Source: the human T2T-CHM13v2.0 reference genome, Homo sapiens. Taken from it: 64,000 nucleotides of DNA. Location: NCBI RefSeq assembly GCF_009914755.1, contig NC_060933.1; one strand, 5' to 3'. Below, piece by piece: positions 33,105 to 55,958 of this stretch. A program made the translations under genes and the position numbers. The notes under the pieces were generated by a model. The model was not told the origin of the DNA, made no database searches, and saw only the letters and a program-made list of their open reading frames with translations. The stretch's first letter is position 1, and every line of letters begins with the position of its first letter.

Positions 33105-33765
33105 TAAAGTACTTTTAAAAAAATTAAGGTATTATTTACATATAATATCCACCCATTTTTAAGTATACATTTTGGTGAATTACTGTGTGTCAATCATGTA
33201 ACCTCAAACACAGCCAAGATTATAAAACAGTTCTCTACGCTGCTTTGGTGATGGATACACCAAAATCTCAGAAACCACCACTACAGAACTTATTCATGTA
33301 ACCAAACACCATGTGTTCCCCAAAAACCTATTGAAAAAAAAAAAGAACCCAAAACCAAAAAACAGTTCTCTCAACATTAAAAGTTTTCCTGTGCCTTTTT
33401 CCAGTGGATTCCTTCCCTCAGCCTCTGGCCCCAGACAAACACTTATCCACTTTCTGTGTCTGTAGTTTTGTCTTTTCAAGAAATTCCTATGAATGGAACC
33501 ATATAAAAGTTATATAAAAATCATAGACTTTTGTATTTGATTTCTTTTACTCTTAGCATCATTTTTTTGAGATTTACTCCTGTTGTATGTATTTACATTT
33601 CCTCTTTTTCTTGGTGAGTAATATTGCATTATATGAATATCTCACAATTTATCCATTTTACTAGTGGATAACATTAGATTGCTTCCAACTTGAGGCTATT
33701 ATAGTACAGCTGCTATGAACATTTGTGTATTCACCATTGTGTGAGCATATGATTTTCCCTACCTT
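33105..33765 (-). mobile_element. L1MB/MC 3' fragment
   Basis: cacccatttttaagtataca...gttttgtctttt..aatggaaccata. Confidence 0.75.
33237..33360 (+). mobile_element. L1PB-like 3' end inserted in older L1
   Basis: ggtgatggatacaccaaaatctcagaaa..accactacagaacttattcatgtaaccaaacacc + poly-A; TSD AAAACAGTTCTCT. Confidence 0.85.
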
Positions 33766-33779
33766 CTTTTCTATTTCAC

Positions 33780-34099
33780 TTTCTTTTCCTTTTTCTTTCC
33801 TTTTTTTTTTTTCTTTTTTTTGAGACAGTCTCTCTGTGTCGCCCAGGCTGGAGTGCAGAGGCACGATCTCGGCTCACTGCAACCTCTGCCTGCTGGGTTC
33901 AAGCAATTCTCAGCGTCAGCCTCCCAAGTAGCTGGGATTACAGGGGCCCGCCACCACACCCAGCTAATTTTTGTATTTTTAGTAGAGACGGGGTTTCACC
34001 CTGTTGACCAGGCTGGTCTTGAATGCCTGGCCTCAGTGACCCACCTACCTCAGCCTCCCAAAGTGCTGGGATTATAGGCCTGAGCCACAGTGCCCGGCC
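33780..34099 (-). mobile_element. AluS
   Basis: Antisense dimer. Confidence 0.94.
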
Positions 34100-34100
34100 C

Positions 34101-34396
34101 TTTTTCCTTTCTTTTTTTGAGATAGGATCTTGCTCAATCATGCAGGCTGGAGTGCAGTGGCACACTTGGCTCACTGCAACCTCCACCTCCTGGGTTCAAG
34201 CGAGTCTCCTGCCTCAGCCTCCCGAGCAGCTGGGACTACAGGTGCGTGCCACCACGCCCAGTTAATTTCTGTGTTTTTAGTAGAGACGGGGTTTCACCAT
34301 GTTGGCCAGGATGGTCTCGATCTCTTGACCTCGTGATCTGCCTGCTTCAGCCTCCCAAAGTGCTGGGATGACAGGCGTGAGCCACCAAGCCCAGCT
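34101..34396 (-). mobile_element. AluSc-like
   Basis: Antisense dimer adjacent to the previous Alu; ggccaggatggtctcgatctc. Confidence 0.94.
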
Positions 34397-34399
34397 GAC

Positions 34400-36309
<1,910 letters not shown>

Positions 36310-36781
36310 TGACATAAATCATAATATCCTAAGACACAAAATTGTTAAAGGCAATAATTTGGAAACATACAACAATAAATAAAATGGTTATAGAGATGTA
36401 ACTTTAAAAAGTTGAACATTTTGTTAAAACGATTCCTGAATATGCTGGAAAATTCAGATAGTTAACAAAATATTTTGAGGATAAAAAGGAAAGGAATCTG
36501 TTATCTGGAGGTAGAATAACTTGGCCATTTTACAGAAAGGAAACAAATTCTGATTTCACTTTTTGTATATCATCCATTTGACAATTTTCAATAAAAGGTT
36601 TATTGAAAACGGAATACATAAGGCTGGTGTTTGGACCTTTTTCCTAATTAGAAATTGTCCATGTCTCCAAAGATTATTAACTCAGTTTATTATCAGCTAA
36701 AGAGATCTTAAAGTTGACTAAACACCTGGAAATTAAAACTTAGGCCAACACATCAAAGTCTTTATGACTTGAAGTGTTTTA

Positions 36782-37481
<700 letters not shown>

Positions 37482-37759
37482 TCATTTTAAAAAGATGTCT
37501 TTTATTACAATTTCTTTCAATTAAACAGTTTTATATTTTTGAAATTTTAAACAATTTGTGCAAACGAGATCCTACTGGACCTATAAAACTAATGTAGTTA
37601 ATTTAGAAGGTTTAAATCACGAGAAGTTAAGCCCAAATCTTGGGTTGATTTAATTGTTGTGTTAACATTGTTTTTATATCATAATAAAATCAGAAGGATG
37701 CATAGACTTGTTTTTAAGCTAATATTAACTTCTATTTCTAGCCCAAAGAGTCATCTATC

Positions 37760-38271
<512 letters not shown>

Positions 38272-38651
38272 CATTTTAATATGAATAAACCTTCTACAAT
38301 CACAGGCCTAGAAAGTTTTTCTTTTTCTTACGGAATTTCTTGACTGTTTACTTGTACTAGATATTTCTTCGGTATATTCATAATGACAGAACAATTGTTT
38401 ATGATTGATTGATCTCCAAAGTTTCCCAAGAAAAGAGAAAAAGTAGGAGGGGAAGGAAGAAAGAAGTGAGCAGAAGTTGGCTTCAGAGAGATAGGAAGGG
38501 CCAGTTCCCTTCTCTGTTTAAGGAGGGGAGAAGACTTAGATGCAGGGAAACTCATTTTGACATGCCAACTCAAACCACAGAAGCCAGAGTCAGTTCAGCT
38601 GGTTTCAGTAGTAACTCAGGACCTTGACAATTCTGTTAAGCCATGTCCTTT

Positions 38652-38839
38652 AAAAGCCAGCTCTTATTAAGTAGGGGGATGAAGGGGGAAGCCCTTCAGT
38701 TAAACAAAGTTACTGACCTGTCTTTTAGACAGGCAGGACAGAGGATCTCCTCATGAGGTTTTTTTAACCTTTTTGTTCTGAAGTTAATGTGTGTTTTAAA
38801 TGAATAATCTTATTTATAACAACATTTTCAGCGTGGCAA
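38652..38839 (+). repeat. Local duplication copy B
   Basis: Diverged direct copy of 37760-37938 plus 38263-38271. Confidence 0.9.
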
Positions 38840-39082
38840 CTGCAGTTTCAGAATGGTGGAATTATACCAGTCAGAGAGAGATGCAAATGATTTAAAATAG
38901 GAAGAAAGCAGGTGTCTGGCCCAGAGGACCAGATTAAGAAGACCCCATGAGAGTTACAATAGTTAGTGAAAATGGTGCTTCTGCAAACCTCATGTCTACA
39001 GAAGCTGGTCAAAGACCAGATGCCACCAGGTAGAATCCCAGCAAACTCTTCAATGGTAGATATCTGTCACCATCCTTAGGAG
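38832..39082 (+). ncRNA. Candidate lncRNA exon
   Basis: Acceptor caacattttcag|CGTGG; possible donors CAG|GTAGAA (39029) or GAG|GTAGGT (39082); no ORF. Confidence 0.35.
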
Positions 39083-39402
39083 GTAGGTCTGTGGAAGCTC
39101 ACTATAATACCATTTGCTTAACAGATATACAAACATGGATCAGATATAATTTCAACCCACAAGGAGCTCACAGTCTGGCTCTTCTTTTGAGGCAAAAAGA
39201 CTAAAGCTGTTGCCTTTATGGTAAGATAAATCTGCCTTGGAGTCAATCCAAGGTGATTTAATTACTGTAGGTAGTTGTACCAATAAGGCTTGTATCCCAG
39301 AGAACTCCATATTGCATTTAAGCTTGTTAGTAAGCCAGGCCAGCTCTATTTCCTGTGAGGACTTTAAAAAAAATTGCATTCACACATTTAAAAATTAGCA
39401 TA

Positions 39403-39530
39403 AGCAGGGTGCAGTGATGCACGCCTGTAGTCCCAGCTACTTGGTAGGCAGAGGTGGGAGGATCACTTGAGCCCCAGAAGTTCAAGACCAGCCTGGACAA
39501 CAAAGTGAAGTGAAGACTGTCTCAAAAAAA
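39403..39530 (+). mobile_element. FLAM-like monomer
   Basis: Single monomer plus A tail. Confidence 0.85.
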
Positions 39531-39739
39531 TTAATTATGACATAAAATGTTATATGTCTTAATTTACACAAATATAAGTATATACTTTTAAATCCCATTC
39601 TTACACACAAAAGCTAGCATACTGTGTAAAGTATTCTGGACCTACACACCTTTATTTTTTTAACATAACAATATGTCTTGGATACATTTTCCTATTTGTC
39701 TATAGAAAGTTTCATCATTATTTTAAAAAATTTGTTTTT

Positions 39740-40082
<343 letters not shown>

Positions 40083-40127
40083 TCATCCAGTGGTCTTCAA
40101 ACTTTCCTGTGTACTCCGTAACAGAAT

Positions 40128-40459
<332 letters not shown>

Positions 40460-40499
40460 TGACATCTAAGATTTTTATTATAAGTTTAAATAGTTGTAA

Positions 40500-40866
<367 letters not shown>

Positions 40867-41045
40867 TCCCTTAATTATAATTTAAAAAATTTTTGCAGAT
40901 GTAGATTTATATAAATTGGCAAGCCAGTTCTCTTTATCAAATTAACTGATCAAAAAAAAAAAAACAGATTAACTGGTCAAACATAGATTTACTTTCTGTC
41001 AGTAAAATTTTGACTTCATTTTTTTAAATCAAATAAGCATGTTAA

Positions 41046-41451
<406 letters not shown>

Positions 41452-42230
41452 TAGGCAGGTGGGTAGATAGATAGGGCCTTCAGACTTGCCTCGCATTCAT
41501 CTTTTACATAAAATAAGACAGTTTCACCTTGAACACTTCTGTGGTGAGACTGTTTAGTCTTGTAGCTCTAAACTCCAGCCATACTCTGATGACTCCCACA
41601 TTTATAAATCCCAGATTTGTATACTCAACTACTTATCTAACAGGTCAAAACTGAACTCTTAAAATTCTTACATTTGTGTCCACACATGATTGGCTAAGCT
41701 AATGGGGCTCAGATTTACCCTGTCACCTGAAACAACTGTAAAACTGGAGAAAATATGTCAAACTCTGAAGTTATTAGGTCTAAGGTGATTAAGAACAGCG
41801 AATCCTGAGACCTGAGAAATAGAGCCCTATGATTGCTCTGATTTAATGCTCGGAGAAAGTTTCCAGACCGCGGTGCGGGGAGAAGGAACATCAGCAGGCC
41901 CCAGCAGTCTCTCCTCATTGAAGAGGTAAAATGAAAATCCAGGGCAGCTGGGGCAGCTAGAGTTCACAGGCAGAGAAACAAAGAGGCAAGAGATGCACAG
42001 AGAAGAGAACACTGGCCTGCAGATGCCCAGGGAGCCCACTCGAGTATTCGGTTGAGTACTGATCAGTGCACCCATGTGAGGAAACCCCTTAGTTCAGGGA
42101 AGGAGCCACTCAAAAGGATTAGAGAGAACCATTTACGGAGTTCACACAGGGCCAGAAATAGTTCCTGTTCCCAGTAGCAGAGTAGAACATTTCATGATTC
42201 AGGGGTATTGATTGGAGTACTAAGAAGAGT

Positions 42231-42246
42231 TGTATTAGTGAAGGTT

Positions 42247-42288
<42 letters not shown>

Positions 42289-42717
42289 TGTGTGTGTGTG
42301 TGTGTGTGCACGTGTGAAGAAATTTATTGTAAGGAATTGCCACGTGATTATGGAGGCTGATAAGTCCCAAAAATCTGCAGGGCGAGTCAGCAAGATGGAG
42401 ACTTAGGAGAGCCAATGATGTGGCTATAGTCCAAAGGCTGACAGGCTCAAGACCCAGGCAGAGCCAATGTTTCAGTTCAAGTCCAAAGGCAGGAAAAAAG
42501 TTGATGTCCCAGTTCGAAGGCAGTTAGGCTGGAAGAATTCTCTTTTACTCAGGAAAGGGTCAGATTTTTTGTTCAATTCAGGCCTTTAACAGATTGAATG
42601 GGGCTCACCCACATTAGGGAGGCCAAGCTGCTTTACGCATTTTGCCAGACTAACGTTTGACCAAAGATCTGAGCACGTATGGCCCAGTCAAGTTGACACA
42701 TAATGTTAATCATCACA
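42231..42717 (-). mobile_element. MLT2C-like ERVL solo LTR with (GA)n(GT)n at 42250-42308
   Basis: tgtattagt...ggcccagtcaagttgacacataatgttaatcatcaca; TSD AGAGT/AAAGT. Confidence 0.88.
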
Positions 42718-42974
42718 AAAGTCTTGCCTCAATAGTTGGGAAAAATTAATCCTAGAATAAATGCTATTCTGGTCTTGCTTAGCAAAGGTTAAGAGCAAGA
42801 CCAAAAAGATCAAACCTTTTCCAAACAAAAGCTGAAGAATATTTTTAGGGATACAAAACCATCTAGGACCGAGTGTGGTAAAATGCACAATGTTTACCAG
42901 CCATTCCAGAATTACTAGGTATGAGCAGAAGTAGTAACATACAACCAATAACTGACCAGAAATGAGACAGATTA

Positions 42975-43403
<429 letters not shown>

Positions 43404-44082
43404 TCAGAATAAACATTGCACAAGTAAAGATTTGTGATTTTGAAGACTTAACCATAGAAACTATCCAAAATGAAGCAGAAAAAAAAAAGAAACCCTGAAA
43501 AAAATACATGAACACAACATCAGTAAAGTGAGGGACAACATCAGGTAGCCAAATGTGTGTGGAATTGGAGTCCCTGAAGGAAGGGAGGGTATGAGGGACC
43601 AAAAAATATATATAGAGAGAGAAAAAAAAATGGCTGAAAAATTTCCAAGTGTAATGAAAGCAGTAAACACACAGATCCAAGAATTTCAAGGAACTCCAAG
43701 CACAGGAAACATGAAGAAAAACTATATACTAAGGCACATCTTAAGCAAATTGCTTAAAACCATGGTTTAAAATGGCCAAAGAAAAAGATACATTATATAC
43801 TTAAGATCAGGGTGACACCAGATTTCTCATTGGAAACAATGTAAGCCAGGTTAACAGTGGAACAATACATTTAAAGCAAAGAAAGAAAACAGTTGTCTAC
43901 CTAGAATTCTTTTCTCAGTGAAAATACCTTTCAAAAATGAAGGCAAAATAAGGTCTCTTTCAGACTTTAAAAAAAAAAAGGAAGAATTTATTACCAGTAG
44001 ATATGCAGTACAAGAAATATCAAAGGATGTAATTAAAGCAGAAAGAGAATGATAACTGGTAGAAAACTGGAGCCACCAGGAG

Positions 44083-44172
44083 TCCCAGGCTGCAGTGAGC
44101 TATGATCGCACCACTGCATTCCAGCCTGGGTGACAGAGTGAGACCCTCTGTCTAAATAAACAAACAAATAAA
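44083..44172 (+). mobile_element. AluJ 3' fragment
   Basis: ggctgcagtgagctatgatcg...; TSD AGAAAACTGGAGC. Confidence 0.85.
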
Positions 44173-44515
44173 AGAAAACTGGAGCTATAAAAATAAATGA
44201 AGACAATGCAAAGGGTAACTAAGTGGATAAATACATAAGATATTTTTTCTTTTTGTTTCAGTCTCATTAAAAGATATGTCTTAGAGGTAATTACACATTG
44301 TAGCATTTGTAACTTACATAGAAGTAAAGTTTATGACAATAGCAGCACAAAGACTGGGAGTGGGAGAACAAATATACTCTTGTAAGCTTTTTACACTACA
44401 TGTGAAGTTGTATAATGTCAATTGAAGGTAGACTGTGATAAGTTAAAGATGCATATGATAAAATCTATAGTAGCAGAGTTATAGCTAATGAGCCAACAAC
44501 AATAAAAAGTTGGGA

Positions 44516-44849
<334 letters not shown>

Positions 44850-44946
44850 CTAAACAGGAAAAGCAAACAGAGCAGATGGGACAAATATGAAACAAAGAGC
44901 AAGATGGTAGGTTAAAATTCATATCAATAATTAATTCACCATTAAG

Positions 44947-45237
44947 GGCCAGGCAGAGTGGCTCATGCCTGTAATCCCAGCATTTTGGGAGGTGGATTAG
45001 GAGGATCACTTGAAGCCAGGAGTTTGAGACCAGCTTTGGAAGCCAAGTGAGACTCCATCTCTACAAAAAAAAAAAAAAAAAAAAAAATTAGCCAGGTGTG
45101 GTGGTGTAGTTCCACTCAGGAGGCTACGGTGGGAGGATCACTTGAGCCCAGGAGTTTGAGGCTACAGTGAGCTCTGATCACACCACTGCACTCCTCCAGC
45201 CTGGGTGACAGCGAGATTCCATCTTAAAAAAAAAAAA
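44947..45237 (+). mobile_element. AluJ
   Basis: Dimer, J-type. Confidence 0.92.
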
Positions 45238-45795
45238 TCCTCATTAAAAGCAGACATTGTGAGATTGGATAAAAAAGCAAGACCTATTTATATTTATATG
45301 CTGTCTACAGTTATCCCACTTTGAATATAAAAATACAAATACGTTAAAAGCAAAAGAGTGGAAAAAGATGTTAATATGTTAACATTAATGAAAAGAAAAC
45401 CTTAGTGGCATATTAAACAAACTATATTTTAAAATGAATGTCACCAAGGATAAAGGAGAATTATTTCATAATAATAAAGAGATACATTCATCAAGACATA
45501 ATTCTAAATGTTTATGCATGTATTAACAGAGATTCAAAATACAAACTTTTCAAGGAGAAATAAATCTGTAATTATAGTTGAAGGTTTAACAACTCTCTCA
45601 CAAAAACTGATAGAACAAGTAGACAAAAATCAGTGAGGATATAGAAGATTTGGACAATATAATCAACTGACTTGACTTAATTGATGTTCAGTAGAACATT
45701 CGACCCCTAAACAGCAGAATACACGTTCTTTTCAAGTGCATATGGAACTGTTTCCAAGACAAATCATTTTCTGGGCCATTTTAAAAGCCTCAGTA

Positions 45796-46570
<775 letters not shown>

Positions 46571-46663
46571 TCAACAGCGAAGTAAGTAAGTATCTGGAAC
46601 TGAATGAAGGTGAAAGTGCCACATAAAATTTGTGTGATGGAGCTAAAGGGAAATTTATATAGT

Positions 46664-46758
46664 GCAGATGGTCCCTGACTTATGACGTCTCAACTTACAT
46701 TTTTCAATTTTATGATGGGTTTTTCAGGATGTAACCCAATTTTAAGTTGAGCATCTGT
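46664..46758. mobile_element. Tigger4/Zombi-like short MITE
   Basis: cagatggtccctgacttatga...ttaagttgagcatctg inverted ends. Confidence 0.7.
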
Positions 46759-46868
46759 ATCAGAAAAGAACAAAGGTCCCAAATCAATGACCTTGGGGTC
46801 CCACTTTTAGAAATTAGAAAAAATGAAGACTAGTGAAACCCCAATTAAGCAGAAGAAAAAGCCAGTGT

Positions 46869-47182
46869 GGCCAGGCAGGGAGGCCCATGCCTGTAATCCC
46901 AGCACTTTGGGAGGCTGAGGCGGGCAGATCACAAGGTCAGGAGATTGAGATCATCCCGGCCAACATGGTGAAACCCCGTCTCTACTAACCATACAAAAAT
47001 TAGCTGGGCGTGGTGGCGCTTGCCTGTGTAATCCCAGCTACTCAGGAGGCTGAGGCAGGAGAATCGCTTTAACCAGGGAGTCGGAGGTTGCAGTGAACCG
47101 AGATCGCGCCATTGCACTCCACCCTAGCGACAGAACGAGACTCCGTCTCAAAAAAAAAAGAAAGAAAGAAAGAAAAAGAAAA
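46869..47182 (+). mobile_element. AluSc-like with (GAAA)n tail
   Basis: TSD-like AAAA(A/G)GCCAGT. Confidence 0.94.
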
Positions 47183-47459
47183 GGCCAGTCTGGAAATCAA
47201 TGAAACAGAAAACCAGTACAGAAATCATGAAACCAAAAGCTAGTTATTTGAGAGAGCAATGAAACTCATAAACCTCTACCCAGACTGATCAGGGGAAAAA
47301 AGGGAAGACAATAACTGTAATATCAGCAGTGAAAGAGATGACATCACACAGATTCTAAAGATATTGAAAGTGTAATAACTGAATATTGATCAGCAATCTA
47401 GAAGAAACAGATTCCTTGAATGACACAAACTACCAAAGTTCACTCAAGAAGTAACCATC

Positions 47460-48253
<794 letters not shown>

Positions 48254-48590
48254 TCACTTCTTCCTTTGTTCAGTTAAACCCAGCTTCATGTTTCTGCTTG
48301 CCCAGGGCCAATAACTTTGGGATCTTCCTTGACTCTTCTTTTTCTGTCAAACCCCGTACCAGTCTTTCAGGTAACCGTAACTTCAGAGTCTATCCAGGTC
48401 ACCTCTGCTTGTCCAAGCCCCTGTCATCTCTCACTTGGATGATTTCATTAGCCTCTTGGCCAGGATCCCTGCTTCTGCTGGTATTTCCTTAGTTTCTTCT
48501 CCCTACAGCAGCCAGAGCTAATCATTTTAAATGTCATATTTCTGTCTCGCCTCAGCTGCAAACCTTCCAGTACCTTCCCAGCTCCTTCTA

Positions 48591-48941
<351 letters not shown>

Positions 48942-49191
48942 TCACCCCGTCTCCCCACCCACTATAACCTCTGACTTACCTCCTTTTACACTCCTTCTTG
49001 CTGACTCTGTTCCTTCCACATTGGCCTCTTTGCTCTTGCTTGAATGATCCCCAGTCATCCTCCCTGCCCAGGGCCTTTGCACTTGCTGTTCTCTGCCAGG
49101 AAGGTGCTTCCTCCGTAGTTCACTCTTCACCTCCTTTGGGTCTTTGCTCAGTTGTCATCTTCAGTGATGGCTCTTCTGATCACCTTATTTA

Positions 49192-49338
49192 ATTTTTATT
49201 TTTTAATTAAAAATTTTTTTTGTGGAGATGTCTTGCTATGTTGCCCAGGCTTATCTCAAACTCCTGGACTCAAACGATCCTCCTGCCTCAGCTTCCCAAA
49301 GTGCTGGGATTACAGGTGTGAGCTACCACACCCGGCCC
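49192..49338 (-). mobile_element. FLAM_C-like monomer
   Basis: TSD GATCACCTTATTTAA. Confidence 0.88.
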
Positions 49339-49396
49339 CGATCACCTTATTTAAAATTGCAGCTCCCAGCCCCCAACCCCAGCATACCCATTCCTC

Positions 49397-49868
<472 letters not shown>

Positions 49869-50015
49869 CCCTCATTCCTTTTGTTATCAGTCATCCCTCC
49901 CAGCCCTGGCAACTGCTGCTCACTTTCCTGACCTTAGAATTTTGCTTATTACAGAATGTCATATAAGTAGAATTATAAAGTATCTAAGCTTTTAAGTCCT
50001 AATGCATTTAAGATC

Positions 50016-50605
50016 TGTAAAAAGTAAAGTAGAGGTTCCTCTTCAAAGACTTTCCTCCCCATCTAATTAGGAATAAATAGTAACTTCTCTTAGAAGAAAA
50101 ATTTATTCAAAGACCTGTGCTAACATTCTTAAATATCTGCTAGCCGTAATAAAGAAATCAATGTACTTTATATTCTTAGCTCTCACAATTTAGCCTAAAT
50201 ATTTGCCCTGGCATGCTTATACTGGTCCAAGCAAGCATTAGGTCATGGCCTGTTCCTCTTCCTTATTTGAAGGTGTTTTTACCTTTCTCAGCACTCCACA
50301 AGTTACTTCCTCCTTCCTTTGTTCTCCTCTGCCTTTGCCTCTTTTAAAAAGTTCTAAGTTCCTAGCCAATCAGGACAAATACAGAATGTGAGGTCCTGTT
50401 CCAGCCAATGGAAACTGGACACAGCAGTAGGGTGGACGCGTCAGGTTGTAAATGACCCTGTCTCCTTTGTTCAGTGTACTCTCATGGCAAAACTGCTGGT
50501 GAGTGTACCCTTTCTGCAGAAAGTAAAAAATGGCCTTGCTGAGGAAATTAAATTTATGTTCAAGTGCTTTTTCTTCAGGGCACCAGGGAACAAGCATTTC
50601 TAACA
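50016..50605 (+). mobile_element. LTR10C-like ERV1 solo LTR (590 bp)
   Basis: tgtaaaaagtaaagtagaggttcctcttcaaagac...caagcatttctaaca; 4-bp TSD GATC; CCAAT boxes and ATTAAA on + strand. Confidence 0.85.
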
Positions 50606-51051
50606 GATCCATATGTGTCGCTGCATGTAATCAGTGGTTCATTCCTTTCTATTGCTGAGTAGTGTTCCATTGTATGGATGTACCCGTGTATTGATCCATC
50701 CATCCACTGAAGGATATTTGAGTTGTTTCCAGTTTTTTTGTGATTATGAATAAAGCCACTGTAAGCATTCACATAGAGGCTTTGGTGTGGACATAAGTTT
50801 TCATTTCTCTTCGGTAAATAATTAGGAGTAGAATTGCTAGGTCGTAGGATAAGTATATGCTTAACTTAGGAGACCCTGCCACAGTATTTTACAAAGTAAG
50901 GGTGCTATTTTGCATTACTACCAGCAGTTCACACCATATGTATTCACACCAGTTGCTCCATTTGGTCTTCGTTCTGTGACTTGTCTCTATTCTCTTAACA
51001 GTATCTTTAGAACAGCAGAAGTTTTTGATTTTGATGAAATTCAGTTTATCG

Positions 51052-51359
<308 letters not shown>

Positions 51360-51935
51360 TTATCAGTGATTTCTCTTAAGTTTCATGCATTGGGTATTGT
51401 AGCTAAGAAATCTTCACCTAACTCAAGTTTACAAAGATTCTTCTGTTTTTTTTCTAGAAGATTTATAAGTTTTAATTTAACTTTTAGGCTTATAATTCAT
51501 TTCACATTAAATGGTGTATGTGGTGCCAGGTATTGCTCGAGAGTCATCATCTTGCATAGGGGTTTCGGATGTTCTAGCACCATTTGTTCAACAGATAGCC
51601 TCTTTTCATTAAATTGCCCTTTCACCTTTGTGGAAGATCAATTCAGCATGCATGTATGGGTCACTTGTATGTTTTTAATTGATTTCTAAATTCTGAAAGG
51701 AAAATGATAAAAAGGAAGATTCTTTCACTATATCTGCATTTCCAATTTCTCCCCCAAGAACGCTTTCCTAACACCTGCAGGCAGAACTAACCACTCTGGG
51801 CCCCTGTAGCTGTTGTGCGTATGTTTATTATTGAGTTTTTCTGGCCTTTGCAGTTCTTTCAGTGTCTGATTCTCCCTCTCTCTCAGCTTCTTTCTCAAGA
51901 CTGTGCATCCTTGGAGGTCAGAAATTGTCTCATCC

Positions 51936-52245
51936 TGCCGGGCGCGATGGCTCATGCCTCTAATCCCAGCACTTTGGGAGGCCGAGGCGGTTAGATCACA
52001 AGGTCAGGAGTTCGAGACCAGCCTGGCCAACATAGTGAAACCCTGTCTCTATTAAAAATACAAAAATTAGCTGAGCGTGGTGGCACATGCCTGTAGTCCC
52101 AGCTACTCGGGAGGCTGAGGCAGGAGAATCGCTTGAACCCAGGAGGCGGGGAGGTTGTAGTGAGCTGAGATTGTGCCACTGCACTCCAGCCTGGGCAACA
52201 GAGCGAGACTCCATCTCAAAAATAAATAAATAAATAAAAGACAAA
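51936..52245 (+). mobile_element. AluSg-like
   Basis: TSD AAATT(G/T)TCTCATCC. Confidence 0.95.
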
Positions 52246-52372
52246 ATAAATTTTCTCATCCTTTTTTGTCATCTTCATCACAGCTGGCTCTCTAATGTTC
52301 GTTGAATGAAAGGGCCATTCCCAAATCTCTGATAAGTCAAGCATTTTTAGGAGAGCTAAACCAGCCAAATGA

Positions 52373-52704
<332 letters not shown>

Positions 52705-53764
52705 GAAAAATACCTACTTTTTTTTTTTTTTTACAGCAGGAGGTGTTTCTGCTTCTACTTTGCTGTGACTTCTGTTTCTCCAGGCATTCCTGGTATGGAC
52801 ATTTATACCAGGTGTTTTGGTCATTGGTGGGCTCTCAGCTTCAGAGGACACTTGGCTTCTCTATACCCTATCTTTGGTGACTTCTGCTTGTTGGACTTCA
52901 GTCACTGCAGTTCACAAGTTTCACACTCATGAAATATTTATTGTTAATTAATTCCAATATTTAATTGATTGCTTCTCTTTCTCAGCACTTTGGAAACATG
53001 TTTACTACCTAGACATTTTCCTACAGTAGATTTTTAATTCTTAACATTTTGATCTTAAGCAATTTACCATGATACTTGGTTTCCATGAGAGATTTAACAG
53101 TTGGAACTGTACTGCCCATAAGATGCAGGTGGGGTCATGGTATGTAGTTGGGAACTCTACAAATGGCAGCCCTTCATGCCTTTGCAAAGGCTGCAGGTTG
53201 GAAAGCTGCCATTACTTGTGAGGGCGTCCAAATGCTTCCTGTGAATGGAAGATGTGTTTCTGTGCCTCACTGTCTTCACTGTGCTGGATTGCTGGCTTTC
53301 TCAGATGTCTTTATTTGAGTCAACCTGTATTCCATCTCCCCACTCCCACCCAGTCTTGATCATCTCATTTGTGTGTATACAACCTTCCCCTCACACACAC
53401 CTCTTTGCAGAGTTTCGTTGCACTGGGCGTTGGGAGGAGAGGCGTCAGAGTTGGGTGGAATCATTTCAGGCTGACTGTCCAGACATAGCTCTCATTAGAA
53501 GCATCAGTAAATAAGCTGAAAACCAACAACACGTACAGCACAGTCTTTCTGTGTTTGCAGCTTGGAACTGAGCAGCCCTCACTGGGTGCATTTCTAATCC
53601 TTTGTCTCATCATTTATATGACATCCACTTAGAAAAAGGTGTTAAAATCATATAACATATTGCTTTTTCCCCTTTTTTATTAGCAGTTTTACTGAGGTGT
53701 AATTTATATGCCATAAAATTTACCATTTGAATGTTCAATTCAATGATTTCTACTAAATTTATAG

Positions 53765-54093
<329 letters not shown>

Positions 54094-54527
54094 CCACAAT
54101 CCAGTTTTAGAACATTTCCAGCATCCCCAAAAGATCCCTTTTGTCCCTTTGCAGCAGTCCTACCCCCACTTCCAGCCCCAGGCGACCATTCATTTGCTTT
54201 TTCTATAGATTTGTCTTTTCCGTACGTTTCATGTAAATGAAGTTTTATACAATATATGACCTTTTGTGACTGTTTTTTTTCCCAGCATGTTTTTGAGGTT
54301 TATCTGTATTATAGCACGTCTCAGTACTTTGTTCCCTTTTTATCACTGAGTATTATTCCATTGTACGGACATACATTTTTCTCTATTCACTAGTTGGTGA
54401 ACATTTGGATTGTTTCCAGTTTTGGTCATCATTAACAATGCTACTATATATATCCATGTATAAGTCTTTGTGTGGATATACATTTTCATTTCTCTAGGGT
54501 AGATTTCTAGAAGTAAAATTGCTGAGT

Positions 54528-55171
<644 letters not shown>

Positions 55172-55298
55172 TAAGAAACTGCCAAACTATTTCCTAAAGT
55201 GACTGTACCATTTACATTCCCACCAGCAATGTGTGAGTGTTCCAGTTTTTCCATGTCCTTGCCAATAGTTGGTTTTGTCTGCCTACCTATCCCCGCCC

Positions 55299-55302
<4 letters not shown>

Positions 55303-55329
<27 letters not shown>

Positions 55330-55425
55330 AGACAGGGTCTTGCTGTGTTGTTCAGGCTGGCCTCAAACTCCTGGGCTCAAGTGCTCCTCCCTAGTAGCTG
55401 GGACTATAGGCACACACCAGTGTAC
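55303..55425 (-). mobile_element. FLAM/FAM-like monomer
   Basis: Poly-T plus agagacagggtcttgctgtgttg...gctgggactatagg. Confidence 0.8.
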
Positions 55426-55639
55426 CAGGGGTTGTCTGTCTTTTGATTATAGCTATTGGAATGGGTGTGAAGCAGCATCTCGTGATTTTAGTTTCCATTT
55501 CTTGAATGACTAATGATACTGAACATCTTTTTATGTGCTTATTAGCCATTTGTATTTCATCTTTGGTGACCTGTCAATTCAAATCTTTTGCCTATTTTTT
55601 TTTATTAAGTTTGTGCACTGTCTTATTATCGAGTGGTAA

Positions 55640-55958
<319 letters not shown>

